A DNA stretch of 64,000 bases from an uncultured Candidatus Rokubacteria bacterium. Lineage in GTDB: Bacteria; Methylomirabilota; Methylomirabilia; Rokubacteriales; DASRDR01. Position 1 is the stretch's first letter, and each line of letters starts with the position of its first letter. The notes under the pieces were generated by a model. It was not told where the DNA came from. It saw only the letters and a list, made by a program, of their open reading frames with translations, and did not search any database. The DNA lies in contig CAWGVS010000007.1 of the NCBI GenBank assembly GCA_963826115.1, positions 1 through 64,000 of the forward strand, given 5' to 3'. Shown here in pieces: positions 1 through 10,786 of this stretch. Made by a program: the position numbers and the translations under genes.

Positions 1-347
1 CGCCCAACTGGCCCCAAAGGAAATTGAAGATTGTAGCGCGCTCGATTGGTCCGGGTTGGGGCTGGTTGGCAAGCATTCACGGACAGAACACGGACAGGTG
101 ACGCGAGGTCGTCCTGCCTACCCGGGTCGCCGTGCGGAAAGATCAACCTCGGGTCCGCCGGATGGGGTTTTGGCGAAGGACAGGCATTGTGTCGACGTCT
201 ACCCCCACCGCAACTCAGCTGGCAGCGTCCTCGCCTCGGTCAGCGGAGCCTGTCAACAGGAATGAGTCGTCATGGGCCTGGGGGCCCACCCACGCAAGGG
301 GTTCCTCGGACGACCCATGGTGGCGGGCAGGTTGATCCCATGGACCG

Positions 348-1424
348 TCATCCGAAATCTCGCCGCCGAGGCGTCGGAATTGAGTATTGCGTCCCCGAAT
401 GTCCCATCGCGGTGATCTTGGAGAATTTTCGCCGGTATGCCGCAAGGGTCAGGCCGACCTTGCGCTTGAACAGGCGGCGAAAGAAGGTGGGGTCCTCATA
501 GCCCACGATGTGGCCGATTTCCTCCACGCTCACGGTATCGGTTTCCAGGCGTTGTTTCGCCTCCTCCATGCGAACCGCGTGCACATAGTCCACCGGATGA
601 AAGCCGGTCGCCGCCAGAAACCGCCGGGCGAAGGTGCGGGGCTTGAGGCCCGAATGAGCAATCATGCTGGCAACAGGATTCTGGCAAGCGTAATTCTCAG
701 CTATCCAGTGTTGGCAGTCGGCGATGACGGCGTCGGTGTTCCCCACGCGCGGCGTTATCACGGCAAAGGGCAACTGGCCGTCCGAGTGATCCGACAGGAT
801 GTGGATCTTGGCCGTTCTGATCGCATGCTGGGGTCCGCAAAGCCGGGCAATCAGGTAGAGCGCCAGTTCCTGCCAGGCAGTCACGCCCCCCGCCGTCACG
901 ATCCGATCTTGCTCACCGGCAACGCTCAAGATCGAATCCACCCGAAACTTCACCTTCGGATAATGGTCACGAAACAATTCGCGATAGGCCCAATGTCCGG
1001 CTGTCTGCAGTCCGTCCAGAAGGCCCGCCTCGGCGAGTACCAGGGAGCCCGAGCAGACGGAACCGAGGATGGCGCCCCTGGCGTAGATTCGGTTCAGCCA
1101 ATCGATCTCACGCCCGTAGCGCCCGCGCGGCGGCGTGTCGATCGGCGTATACATATCGCAAACGATCGCGACATCGGTTTCATTTAGCCGATCGATGGCG
1201 TCATGCGGTTCGACCATCACACCGCCGAAGCAGCGGAACGGATCGGTGGTGGCGGCCACGATCCTGACGTCGAGCATCTTCTCCGCCGGATTCCCGCTGG
1301 TCAGTTCGGAATAGACCGCTCCTACCGTACTCAAGACGTCATAGAGGCCATAGAGCACCGCGGGAGAGGTTTCCGCCGCGGCGAGCAGACAGATGCGCGG
1401 CAACTTGGCTTCGGATCTCGCCAT
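348..1424 (-). CDS. GlxA-family AraC transcriptional regulator (DJ-1/PfpI domain plus C-terminal AraC HTH)
   Basis: GSVCSGSLVLAEAGLLDG, TAGG and IVGYEDPTFFRRLFKRKVG motifs; divergent from the FAD oxidoreductase. Confidence 0.9.
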   Translation of the reverse strand: MARSEAKLPRICLLAAAETSPAVLYGLYDVLSTVGAVYSELTSGNPAEKMLDVRIVAATTDPFRCFGGVMVEPHDAIDRLNETDVAIVCDMYTPIDTPPRGRYGREIDWLNRIYARGAILGSVCSGSLVLAEAGLLDGLQTAGHWAYRELFRDHYPKVKFRVDSILSVAGEQDRIVTAGGVTAWQELALYLIARLCGPQHAIRTAKIHILSDHSDGQLPFAVITPRVGNTDAVIADCQHWIAENYACQNPVASMIAHSGLKPRTFARRFLAATGFHPVDYVHAVRMEEAKQRLETDTVSVEEIGHIVGYEDPTFFRRLFKRKVGLTLAAYRRKFSKITAMGHSGTQYSIPTPRRRDFG

Positions 1425-1445
1425 CGGTCCTCCCAGGTCAGCGCG

Positions 1446-1480
1446 GTGTCACATTTGCCCCGTTAGTGTCCATTTTGCCT
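1446..1480. promoter_or_regulatory. Tandem direct repeat, candidate operator of the GlxA/AraC regulator
   Basis: GTGTCacattTGCC at 1446 and GTGTCcatttTGCC at 1466, 20 bp apart, in the divergent intergenic region. Confidence 0.5.
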
Positions 1481-1582
1481 CTTACGAACGCATGGCCTCA
1501 ACCATATTCTTGAAACCGTCACGATTGCGGATTTGCCGCGCCGGCCTGCGTTGCCGCGCGGCTAGCAAGGGGGAGACTAAGC

Positions 1583-3019
1583 ATGACTAACCAACACGCC
1601 ACTGCACGCGCGTCGTCCGGACAACGTCTTGAAGCGGCGGCAAAAGCGTTGCGCGCCAACCTGCGCGGCGAACTGCTCCAACCGGGTGACGAGGGCTATG
1701 ACGGCGCGCGGCTCATCTGGAACGGCATGTTCGACAAAAAACCGGCGCTCATCGCCCGCTGCAACGGCACCGCCGACACCATCCACGCGGTCAATTTCGC
1801 GCGCGAGAACGGGCTTCTAACTGCGGTGCGGTGCGGCGGCCACAACTCAGCGGGCAGCGGCTCGTGCGACGGCGGCATCATGATCGATCTGTCGGGGATG
1901 AACGCGGTCCGCGTCGATCCGAAGGCGCGCCGGGCGTGGGTGCAAGGCGGCGCAACCTGGGGCGAGTTCGACCGCGAGGCGCAGGTCCACGGCCTGGCGA
2001 CGCCGGGCGGCGTCGTCTCGGCAACGGGCGTCGGCGGGCTGACGCTCGCCGGCGGCCTCGGCTGGCTGCGCGGCAAGCATGGCCTCAGCCTCGACAACGT
2101 CCTGTCGGTCGACATCGTCACCGCAGACGGCCAGCTTCGCACCGCCAGCGCGGCCGAGAACAGTGATCTCTACTGGGCCGTGCGCGGGGGCGGCGGCAAT
2201 TTCGGCGTCGTCACCTCGTTCGAGTTCCAGCTGCATCCGGTCGGCCCGGAGGTGATGTTCCTGGGTGCGATCTACCGGGCCGAGGACGCCACCCAGGTCA
2301 TGAAGGGCTGGCGCGATTTCATGGCAACCGCGCCCGACGAGATCGGCGGAACGCTGGTCGAATTCTCCACCATCCCCACGGATCCGGAATATCCCGAGGA
2401 GACATGGGGCGCGCGGGTCATGGCCCTGGCCGGGGTTTGGGCGGGCCCGGCGCACGAGGGCGAACAAGCCGTCTGGCCGCTGCGCACATTGGCCACGCCG
2501 GTGCTGGATTTCAGCGGCCGGATGCCCTACTGCAGCGTTCAGAAGCTCTACGATGGACTGTTCCCCAAGGGAGTTCATCGCGCCTACTTCAAATCGCTGT
2601 ATCTCAACGGCCTGGACGACCGGATGATCGACGAGATCGCGCCGCGCGCCGCCGATCGCCCCTCCGACCTGACGCTCTGCTCGGTGTGGTATCTGGGCGG
2701 CGCCGTCGGCCGGGTGGCCGGCAACGCGACTGCCTTCGGTGAGCGCAACATGCGCTACATGCTGAGCATCGATTCGATCTGGAAAAATCCGACCGACGAC
2801 GAGCGCAACCTGTCCTGGTCGCGCGCCTTCTGGGGCGACATGAAACATCATTCCGGCGGCCGCGCCTATCTTAACTTCGCGGGCCTCGGCGAGGAGGGCG
2901 AGGAGCTGGTGCGCAGCAGCTATGGCGCCGCCAACTACAACCGCCTCGTTGCCTTGAAGACCAGATACGATCCGACAAACTTGTTTCGACTGAACCAGAA
3001 CATCAAGCCAACCCCGTGA
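1583..3019 (+). CDS. FAD-binding oxidoreductase (vanillyl-alcohol oxidase/BBE family)
   Basis: VRCGGHN covalent-FAD His motif, AVRGGGGNFGVVT, C-terminal YDPTNLFRLNQNI; RBS GGGGAG. Confidence 0.92.
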   Translation: MTNQHATARASSGQRLEAAAKALRANLRGELLQPGDEGYDGARLIWNGMFDKKPALIARCNGTADTIHAVNFARENGLLTAVRCGGHNSAGSGSCDGGIMIDLSGMNAVRVDPKARRAWVQGGATWGEFDREAQVHGLATPGGVVSATGVGGLTLAGGLGWLRGKHGLSLDNVLSVDIVTADGQLRTASAAENSDLYWAVRGGGGNFGVVTSFEFQLHPVGPEVMFLGAIYRAEDATQVMKGWRDFMATAPDEIGGTLVEFSTIPTDPEYPEETWGARVMALAGVWAGPAHEGEQAVWPLRTLATPVLDFSGRMPYCSVQKLYDGLFPKGVHRAYFKSLYLNGLDDRMIDEIAPRAADRPSDLTLCSVWYLGGAVGRVAGNATAFGERNMRYMLSIDSIWKNPTDDERNLSWSRAFWGDMKHHSGGRAYLNFAGLGEEGEELVRSSYGAANYNRLVALKTRYDPTNLFRLNQNIKPTP

Positions 3020-3315
3020 GCCGGGCGATCAATGACGGAGCACCCAAAGCGGTCATTCGGGAAACATGGAGGCTACACGGCAACTGGACGAGTGAGGCCT
3101 CGAACCTCGATCGCCCGCAAAATCTGCCCCGGCCCACCCGGCCGGGGCTCGGCCGCCTTCACGAGAAACCCGAGTGAGCATCCCATCGAGCCGGCCTGCA
3201 GGCGCGCATAGCAGTCGTCCACCGAACCGGACGCCCAGGATTGTCCGCGAAGCGCCGCATCATCTGAATGCGAACGACCAGATTGGGAGCGTGGATTTCG
3301 AGCCGAGCGTTGCCC

Positions 3316-3360
3316 GAAAAACCCAACGGGCTACGGCGTCTGCCGTAACCCGTTGTTTTT
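3316..3360 (-). terminator. Intrinsic terminator downstream of tRNA-fMet (possibly bidirectional)
   Basis: CAACGGG-CTACGGC/GCCGTAA-CCCGTTG stem with A and T tracts on either side. Confidence 0.7.
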
Positions 3361-3362
3361 CC

Positions 3363-3439
<77 letters not shown>

Positions 3440-3451
3440 ATGCCGATTCAA

Positions 3452-3480
3452 ACCTTACGGCAGCCTGCGACCTCTGTCAA
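3452..3480 (-). promoter_or_regulatory. sigma70 promoter of tRNA-fMet
   Basis: TTGACA-17 bp-TAAGGT just upstream of the tRNA. Confidence 0.75.
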
Positions 3481-3500
3481 GCCGCGGGACTGCCGGCCGG

Positions 3501-3779
3501 CTACGACGCGCGGAAGCTCCGCCGGGACGGCGCGGCGCGGCGGCGGCTGTCGGCGCGCGTGGCCTTCGCCAGCGCCGCGAGGATCGGGCTCGCCTTCAAG
3601 CGCTGTGGCGATGCGGGCACGACGCGCGTGTCGGCGTCGACCCGCGCGGGCGGCTTGCGAGCCGGCAGACGGGACGCCGTCGCGGGCGGGGCGGCCTGGC
3701 GGCCCGTCCGGGACGAGGCGCCTCCGGTCCGGGATGCGAGGTCGCCGATCAGCTTGGTGAGCGGGCGGCGCTTCTTCAC
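3501..3779 (-). CDS. Small, highly basic hypothetical protein (92 aa)
   Basis: Strong G/C bias at third codon positions; TGG-CATACT extended -10 a few nt before the GTG; fills the gap between GT2 and the tRNA. Confidence 0.5.
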   Translation of the reverse strand: MKKRRPLTKLIGDLASRTGGASSRTGRQAAPPATASRLPARKPPARVDADTRVVPASPQRLKASPILAALAKATRADSRRRAAPSRRSFRAS

Positions 3780-3890
3780 CGCGCGAGTATGCCAGAAAGC
3801 GAGACCCGCCGACAGCCGCCGCGCGCCGCGCCGGGGAGACGAGCTAGCGCACTCCCCGGCAGGGGAGCCGGCGTGGCGGCCGCGGGCGGG

Positions 3891-5456
3891 TCAGCGCCCG
3901 AGGCGGTCGCCCATCAGGCGATCGAGCCAGTCCCGGCCGCCCGCCGCGCGCGTCACGCGGTCGGTCTTGCTCGGCGCGTAGCGACCGTCGCGCGCGGTCC
4001 GCCAGAGCACGCGCCACGCGGCGCGCGTGGCGAGGAGCCAGTACGTCTGGCAGCGGAACGTGGCGAGGAGCCACTCGCCCCAGCCGGCCCAGGCGAGCCG
4101 GGTCGGACGCGGGAGGTACGGCTCCATCGCCTGCACCTCGCGCTGGGTGACGACGCCGCCGACCCAGACGGTCAACCCGAGGGACACCGTGGGCACCGCC
4201 ACCGCGACGAAGAAGAGGAGCGGCGCCTCCTGCCGGTACGCGTAGGCGAAGTGCCAGCCGAGGTAGCCCATCGCCGGGTACACGAACGCGGCGACCGGCC
4301 ACTCCGCCACCTTGTTGACCACGTGGCGGACGAGCTGGGCGAGGTTGAACGCCGTGGGCGCCTGGCGCCACGTCGCCCGCAGGTACCCGATGTCGTCGAG
4401 GACGCCCTGGTACCAGCGCGCGTTCTGCCGGATGATCTTCTCCTTCGTCTCCGGCAGGTCCGTCAGCTCGATCATCGGCATCGGGCGGATCAGGACGCCC
4501 CGCGCGCCCAGCATGTAGCCGAGCGTCGAGTCCTCCGTCGCCCCGCCGGTCGGGAACCCGCCGAGCCCCTGCAGCACGTCGAGCCGGACGAACTGGTGGT
4601 GCCCGAGGCAGATCTGGGAGCGGCGGAAGGCGAGCTCGAGCCCCGTCCGGGTCCACGCCCCCACCCGTCCCGGCAGCGAGCTCGCGACCCGGTCGATCAG
4701 GCGGATCCGCTTCACCTCGTTGATGAGGCGCGCCAGCGACACCCGCGTGAAGATCGACGACTGCTGGATGGCGCAGATGCGGCCGCGGATCCCGAGCGCG
4801 TCCCAGTTCGCGAGCGACAGCGTCACGCCCTGGTAGGCGAGCGCGCCGCGGCCCGCGAGCTCCTCGTTCGCGATCCATCGAAGCGTGTCGGGGTCGGGGA
4901 CCGAGTCCGCGTCGAACACGCCGACGAACACCCGCGACGGATCGGCGGCGTCCGCCTCCAGGATCTCGGCGAGCGCCCCGGGCGTGAGGGCCCAGTTGAG
5001 CTGCTCGGCCTTGCGCCCGACGCCCGGGAACACGAGGTGGGCGAGGCGCTTCGCGTCGTAGGGCGGGAGGTCGGCGAGGACCTGCTGGCACAGGGTCCCG
5101 GTGCTCTCGGGCATCGCCGGGTGGGGCTCGGCGTCCTCGCTGGCCTTCGTGACGACGACGACGCGCGCGCGCTCGCCCGGATACCGGAGGCCGAGGAGGC
5201 CTCGCAGCGTGGCCGCGATCCCCGGCTCCTGGTAGGCCGCGACGAGCGTCAGGAACACCGGCGCCCGCTCCCGCAGGGTCTCCTCCGACGGGAGCGCGTC
5301 CCGCCGCGCGTACCCGGCCTGGACGAACCGGATGGTCGTCCGCATGCCCGCCCAGTCGATCGCGAGCTTCCACGCGGCGCGGAGGTTGAAGAGGAGCGTC
5401 GCGAGGAAGAGCCAACCCGCGTACGGCTCGAGCCAGGTCCAGCGCAGGAGCGTCAT
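3891..5456 (-). CDS. Membrane glycosyltransferase family 2
   Basis: DADS (DxD), TED and QNARW (QxxRW) motifs; N- and C-terminal TM segments. Confidence 0.85.
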   Translation of the reverse strand: MTLLRWTWLEPYAGWLFLATLLFNLRAAWKLAIDWAGMRTTIRFVQAGYARRDALPSEETLRERAPVFLTLVAAYQEPGIAATLRGLLGLRYPGERARVVVVTKASEDAEPHPAMPESTGTLCQQVLADLPPYDAKRLAHLVFPGVGRKAEQLNWALTPGALAEILEADAADPSRVFVGVFDADSVPDPDTLRWIANEELAGRGALAYQGVTLSLANWDALGIRGRICAIQQSSIFTRVSLARLINEVKRIRLIDRVASSLPGRVGAWTRTGLELAFRRSQICLGHHQFVRLDVLQGLGGFPTGGATEDSTLGYMLGARGVLIRPMPMIELTDLPETKEKIIRQNARWYQGVLDDIGYLRATWRQAPTAFNLAQLVRHVVNKVAEWPVAAFVYPAMGYLGWHFAYAYRQEAPLLFFVAVAVPTVSLGLTVWVGGVVTQREVQAMEPYLPRPTRLAWAGWGEWLLATFRCQTYWLLATRAAWRVLWRTARDGRYAPSKTDRVTRAAGGRDWLDRLMGDRLGR

Positions 5457-5472
5457 CGGCTGATCCGGCCGG

Positions 5473-5837
5473 CTACGGCGACCGCGGCGGCGGCGGCATG
5501 GGGCTCGCCAGGTTGGACTCGCCGGGACGGGCGCTCCGCGGGAAGCGCAGGACCTTCTCGCCGGGGCGGACGAGGCCGAGCTCCTCGCGCGCGATCCGCT
5601 CGATGACGGCGGGGTCCTCCTGGAGCTCCGAGATCTGGCGGGACAGGCGCTCGTTCTCGGCCTCGAGGCTCCGCACCTCCCGGACGAGCGTGTCGACCTC
5701 GCCGCGGAGTCGCCGGAGGGCGAGGACGCCGTTGTCGCCGAAGATGGCCATGACGGCGAGGAGGATGAGCGCGCCGACCACGATCCACCCGGGGCGCGTG
5801 AGGCGCGCCATCGGCCGCGACTCCGGGAGGCCGCTCA

Positions 5838-5838
<1 letters not shown>
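5473..5838 (-). CDS. ftsB: Septum formation initiator FtsB/DivIC
   Basis: TM helix, FGDNG, coiled coil, IERIAREELGLVRPGE; ATGA overlap with the eno stop; conserved eno-ftsB order. Confidence 0.88.
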
Positions 5839-7121
<1,283 letters not shown>

Positions 7122-7130
7122 CTAATTGTC

Positions 7131-7215
7131 GTGGGGGGGAGCGGCGGCGCTCCTCCCCCACACCCCCCCACCACACTGTTCATGCGGTTGGCGACGAAGC
7201 AACGGTCTCATGGTT
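7131..7215. repeat. Intergenic repeat copy A (hairpin plus conserved ~53-nt tail)
   Basis: Hairpin 7131-7161 followed by CCCCCCCACCACACTG...CATGGTT, homologous to 9867-9919. Confidence 0.7.
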
Positions 7216-7221
7216 GGTCAG

Positions 7222-8118
7222 TCAGGCCTTTCGATTCACGATGAAGTCGGCGAGGGCGCGGAGGGGCGCGGCGGCGGGCCCGAAGGACGCGAGCGCGGCA
7301 TGCGCCTCCTGCGTGAGCGCGGCCGCGCGCGCCTTGGAGGCGGGGAGCCCGTGGAGCGCGGGATACGTGGCCTTCTGCTGCTGCTGGTCCTTCCCCGCCG
7401 TCTTGCCGAGGGTCTCGAGCGACCCCTCGACGTCGAGGATGTCGTCGACGATCTGGAACGTGAGCCCGATCCGGTCCCCGTACGCCGTGAGCGCCGCGAG
7501 GGCGGGCTCGGACGCGCCCGCCAGGAGGGCGCCCGACCGGAGCGCCCCGCGGATCAGCGCCGCGGTCTTCCGCGTGTGGATGTAGTCGAGCGTCTCGGGC
7601 GACACGGCCTGTCCCTCGGACTGGATGTCGACGACCTGGCCGCCCACCATCCCGTCGGTCCCGGCGGCCCCGGTCACCTCGGCGAGGACGCGCGGGAAGA
7701 CCTCGGGCGTCGCCTTGCCCAGGGCGAAGTTGACGGCGATCAGGCCGAGCGCGTGCGTCAGGAGGGCGTCCCCCGCGAGGACGGCCATCGCCTCGCCGTA
7801 CACCTTGTGGTTCGTGAGACGCCCGCGCCGGTAGTCGTCGTCGTCCATCGCCGGCAGGTCATCGTGGACGAGCGAGTACGTGTGGATCAGCTCGAAGCAG
7901 CACGCGGTGGGCATGACGTCGTCCATCTGGCCGCCCACCGCCTCGGCGCCCGCGATCACCAGGATGGGCCGGAGGCGCTTGCCGCCCGCGAACACGCTGT
8001 AGCGCATCGCCTCGTGGATGACCGGGGGAGCCGCGGTCGCCGCCGGGAGGTACCGGTCGAGCGCCTCGTCCACGGCGCGCCGGCGCGCGGCGAAGTAACC
8101 CTCGAGGTCGAAACTCAC
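7222..8118 (-). CDS. ispA: Polyprenyl (farnesyl) diphosphate synthase
   Basis: GGKRLRP, HDDLPAMDDDDYRRG, FQIVDDILD; GTG start overlapping the xseB stop. Confidence 0.95.
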   Translation of the reverse strand: MSFDLEGYFAARRRAVDEALDRYLPAATAAPPVIHEAMRYSVFAGGKRLRPILVIAGAEAVGGQMDDVMPTACCFELIHTYSLVHDDLPAMDDDDYRRGRLTNHKVYGEAMAVLAGDALLTHALGLIAVNFALGKATPEVFPRVLAEVTGAAGTDGMVGGQVVDIQSEGQAVSPETLDYIHTRKTAALIRGALRSGALLAGASEPALAALTAYGDRIGLTFQIVDDILDVEGSLETLGKTAGKDQQQQKATYPALHGLPASKARAAALTQEAHAALASFGPAAAPLRALADFIVNRKA

Positions 8119-8384
8119 CCCTGCCCCTCCTCCCACCGGAACGGCTCGGTCCGGGTACCCTCCCCTTCATTCTGCAGCAGGATCTCGATCCGCCGCTCCG
8201 CCTCTTCGAGCCGCCGGGTGCAGAGCCGGAGGAGCCCGGTCCCCTCCTCGAAGACCCGGAGCGAGTCGTCGAGCGAGAGGTTCCCGGCCTCGAGGGCGTG
8301 GACGATCTCCTCCAGGCGGGCCATCGCGGCCTCGAACTTCGGGCCGTCCTCGCGCGCGCCGGCCGATTCAGGCGTCACGGGCAT
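8115..8384 (-). CDS. xseB: Exodeoxyribonuclease VII small subunit
   Basis: FEAAMARLEEIVHALEAGNLSLDDSLRVFEEG; follows xseA. Confidence 0.95.
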   Translation of the reverse strand: MPVTPESAGAREDGPKFEAAMARLEEIVHALEAGNLSLDDSLRVFEEGTGLLRLCTRRLEEAERRIEILLQNEGEGTRTEPFRWEEGQG

Positions 8385-9780
8385 CGCTCCCTCCTGGTCC
8401 GGGACCCGCCGGCGCCGGCGGACGGTCCACGTCTTCCACCCGACAGCCCAGACTGCCCTCGTGGAGCCGCACCGTGACGCGCTCGCCGCGAGCGACCCGA
8501 TCGGCGCGCGTGAGCACCTCGCCGGACGGCAGCATGGCGACCGCGTAGCCTCGCGCCAGGCAGGCGAGCGGGCTCAGCCCGTCGAGCTGGGCGGCCAGCG
8601 CCTCGGCCGCACGCCGCCGGCGCGCCGTCTCGCCCCGGAAGGCGCGCGCGAGCCGTCCGCCGAGCTGCGCCGCGAGCTCGCGCCGGTGGCCGAGCGGTGC
8701 GCGGAGGAGCGCCGGCCGGAGCGCGCGGGCCGCGCGCTCCAGGCGCTCGCGGACGCGCGCGTCGTGGCGAGCCATCGCCCGGCCGAGGCGGGCGCCCAGG
8801 TCGTCCGCGCGGCGCGCCCAGTCGCGGAGCGGCCGGCCGGGATCCGTGAGCACGCGGCGGCGACGGATGTCGGCCAGCCGGTCTCCGAGCCGCCCGGTCC
8901 GCTGCGCCATGGCCCGTGCGAGGCGCGTGCCCAGTGTGCCGACCTGCCGCACCAGCTCGGCCTTCTCCCGCACGACCAGCTCGGCGGCGGCCGACGGCGT
9001 CGGCGCCCGGAGATCCGCGACGAAGTCGGCGATGGTCACGTCCGTCTCGTGCCCGACCGCGGAGATCACCGGGATCTTCGAGGCGGCGATCGCCCGCGCG
9101 ACGGCCTCCTCGTTGAACGCCCACAGGTCCTCCAGCGAGCCGCCGCCTCGGGCCAGCACGATGACGTCGAGGTCGCCTCGCTGATTGAGGAGCCGGAGCG
9201 CCGCGGCGATCTCGCCGGCCGCGGTGTCGCCCTGCACGCGGACGGGGCACACCAGGACCTGGAGGCCCGCGAAGCGCCGGGTGACGACCTGCAGGAAGTC
9301 CCGGACCGCCGCGCCGGTGGGCGAGGTGACGAGCCCGACGCGGCGGGGCAGCGTGGGGAGCGGACGCTTCCGCGCGGGGTCGAACAGCCCCTCGGCGTCG
9401 AGGCGGGCCTTCAGCTGCTCGAAGGCGAGCTGGAGCGCGCCCAGGCCCTTCGGCTCCAGCACCTCGCACACGAGCTGGTACTCGCCCCGTACCGCGTAGA
9501 CGTCGAGGCGGCCGAACGCGAGGACGTGGAGGCCGTCGGCCGGCTCGAAGCGGACTCGGCCCGCGCGGCTCCGGAAGAGGACGGCCCGCACCTGCGCCTC
9601 CTCGTCCTTGAGCGTGAAGTAGACGTGCCCCGAGGTGTGCCTGCGGAGGTTCGAGATCTCGCCCTCGACCCAGAGCCCGCCGAACCGTCCCTCGAGCGTG
9701 TCCTTCACCGCCCGGGTCAGCTCCGAGACCGTGAGGACGCGGCGCCCGGGGTCGGGCATCGGGAGGGGCAGGACGGCCAT
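8368..9780 (-). CDS. xseA: Exodeoxyribonuclease VII large subunit
   Basis: SGHVYFTLKD, RGGGSLEDLWAFNEE, SAVGHETD, APTPSAAAE. Confidence 0.97.
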   Translation of the reverse strand: MAVLPLPMPDPGRRVLTVSELTRAVKDTLEGRFGGLWVEGEISNLRRHTSGHVYFTLKDEEAQVRAVLFRSRAGRVRFEPADGLHVLAFGRLDVYAVRGEYQLVCEVLEPKGLGALQLAFEQLKARLDAEGLFDPARKRPLPTLPRRVGLVTSPTGAAVRDFLQVVTRRFAGLQVLVCPVRVQGDTAAGEIAAALRLLNQRGDLDVIVLARGGGSLEDLWAFNEEAVARAIAASKIPVISAVGHETDVTIADFVADLRAPTPSAAAELVVREKAELVRQVGTLGTRLARAMAQRTGRLGDRLADIRRRRVLTDPGRPLRDWARRADDLGARLGRAMARHDARVRERLERAARALRPALLRAPLGHRRELAAQLGGRLARAFRGETARRRRAAEALAAQLDGLSPLACLARGYAVAMLPSGEVLTRADRVARGERVTVRLHEGSLGCRVEDVDRPPAPAGPGPGGSDARDA

Positions 9781-9788
9781 CGCTCAGT

Positions 9789-9919
9789 CCCCCTGGGCGA
9801 CAGGCCGCAGGCCGTCGAACAGCACGGCGTCGCCCCGGTCGACGGCCTTCGGCCTATGGCCCCAGGCCCCCCCACCACACTGATCAGCGGCTCGGCGTCG
9901 AGAAACGCGCAGCATGGTT
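9789..9919. repeat. Intergenic repeat copy B (long imperfect hairpin plus conserved tail)
   Basis: Stem CCTGGGCGACAGGCCGCAGGCCGTCGA / TCGACGGCCTTCGGCCTATGGCCCCAGG followed by CCCCCCCACCACACTG...CATGGTT. Confidence 0.7.
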
Positions 9920-10772
9920 ACTCAGAGGCGGTCTGGCGGCGGGCGGCGTCGAGCGTGTTTCGCATGAGCATCGCGATCGTCATCGGCCCCACGCCGCCCG
10001 GCACCGGCGTGATCGCGCGGACGCGCGGGCTCACCGTCGCGAAGTCCACGTCGCCGGCGAGCTTGCCATCCGGCAGGCGGTTCACGCCGACGTCCACGAC
10101 GACGGCGTCGGGCCGCACCATGTCCCCCGTGACCACCGCCGGCCGGCCGACCGCCACCGCCAGCACCTCGGCTCGCCGCGTGTGGGCGGCGAGGTCGCGG
10201 GTCCGCGTGTGGCACGTGGTCACGGTGGCGTGGCGGCCGAGCAGGAGCTGCCCGAGCGGCTTCCCGACGATGCGGGAGCGCCCCACCACCACGGCCTCGG
10301 CGCCCTTCAGGTCGATCCCGTAGTGGTCGAGGATCTCGATGACGCCCGCCGGCGTGCACGGGAGCACGCCCGGCGTCCCCGCGAGGAGGCGCCCCAGGTT
10401 CTCCGGGTGGAAGCCGTCGACGTCCTTGGCGGGATCGACGGCCGCGATCACCCGGTCCTCGTCGATCCCGGGGGGCAGCGGAAGCTGCACCAGGATCCCG
10501 TGGACCGCGCGGTCGGCGTTGAGCTCGCGGATCAGCGCGAGGAGGTCCGCCTCCGCGAGGCCCTGCGGGTGGAGGTGATCGCGGGCCGCGATGTCGACGG
10601 CCTGGCAGGCGCGGCGCTTCGCGCCCACGTAGACCTGCGAGGCCGGATCCTCTCCCACGAGCACGACCGCCAGGGTCGGCCGGACGCCCTGCGCGCGGAG
10701 CGCGGCGACGCCCTCGGCCACGGCCGCCTGGACCTTGGCGGCCACGACCTTGCCGTCGAGGAGCTGCGCCAC
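9918..10772 (-). CDS. folD: Methylenetetrahydrofolate dehydrogenase/cyclohydrolase
   Basis: [36 protein letters not shown]; GTG start chosen. Confidence 0.97.
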   Translation of the reverse strand: MAQLLDGKVVAAKVQAAVAEGVAALRAQGVRPTLAVVLVGEDPASQVYVGAKRRACQAVDIAARDHLHPQGLAEADLLALIRELNADRAVHGILVQLPLPPGIDEDRVIAAVDPAKDVDGFHPENLGRLLAGTPGVLPCTPAGVIEILDHYGIDLKGAEAVVVGRSRIVGKPLGQLLLGRHATVTTCHTRTRDLAAHTRRAEVLAVAVGRPAVVTGDMVRPDAVVVDVGVNRLPDGKLAGDVDFATVSPRVRAITPVPGGVGPMTIAMLMRNTLDAARRQTASE

Positions 10773-10786
10773 GCCGGGAGCCCGGG

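Noticed and set aside
2-70. Imperfect inverted repeat at the window start
   Set aside because: Several mismatches and truncated context; cannot assign a function
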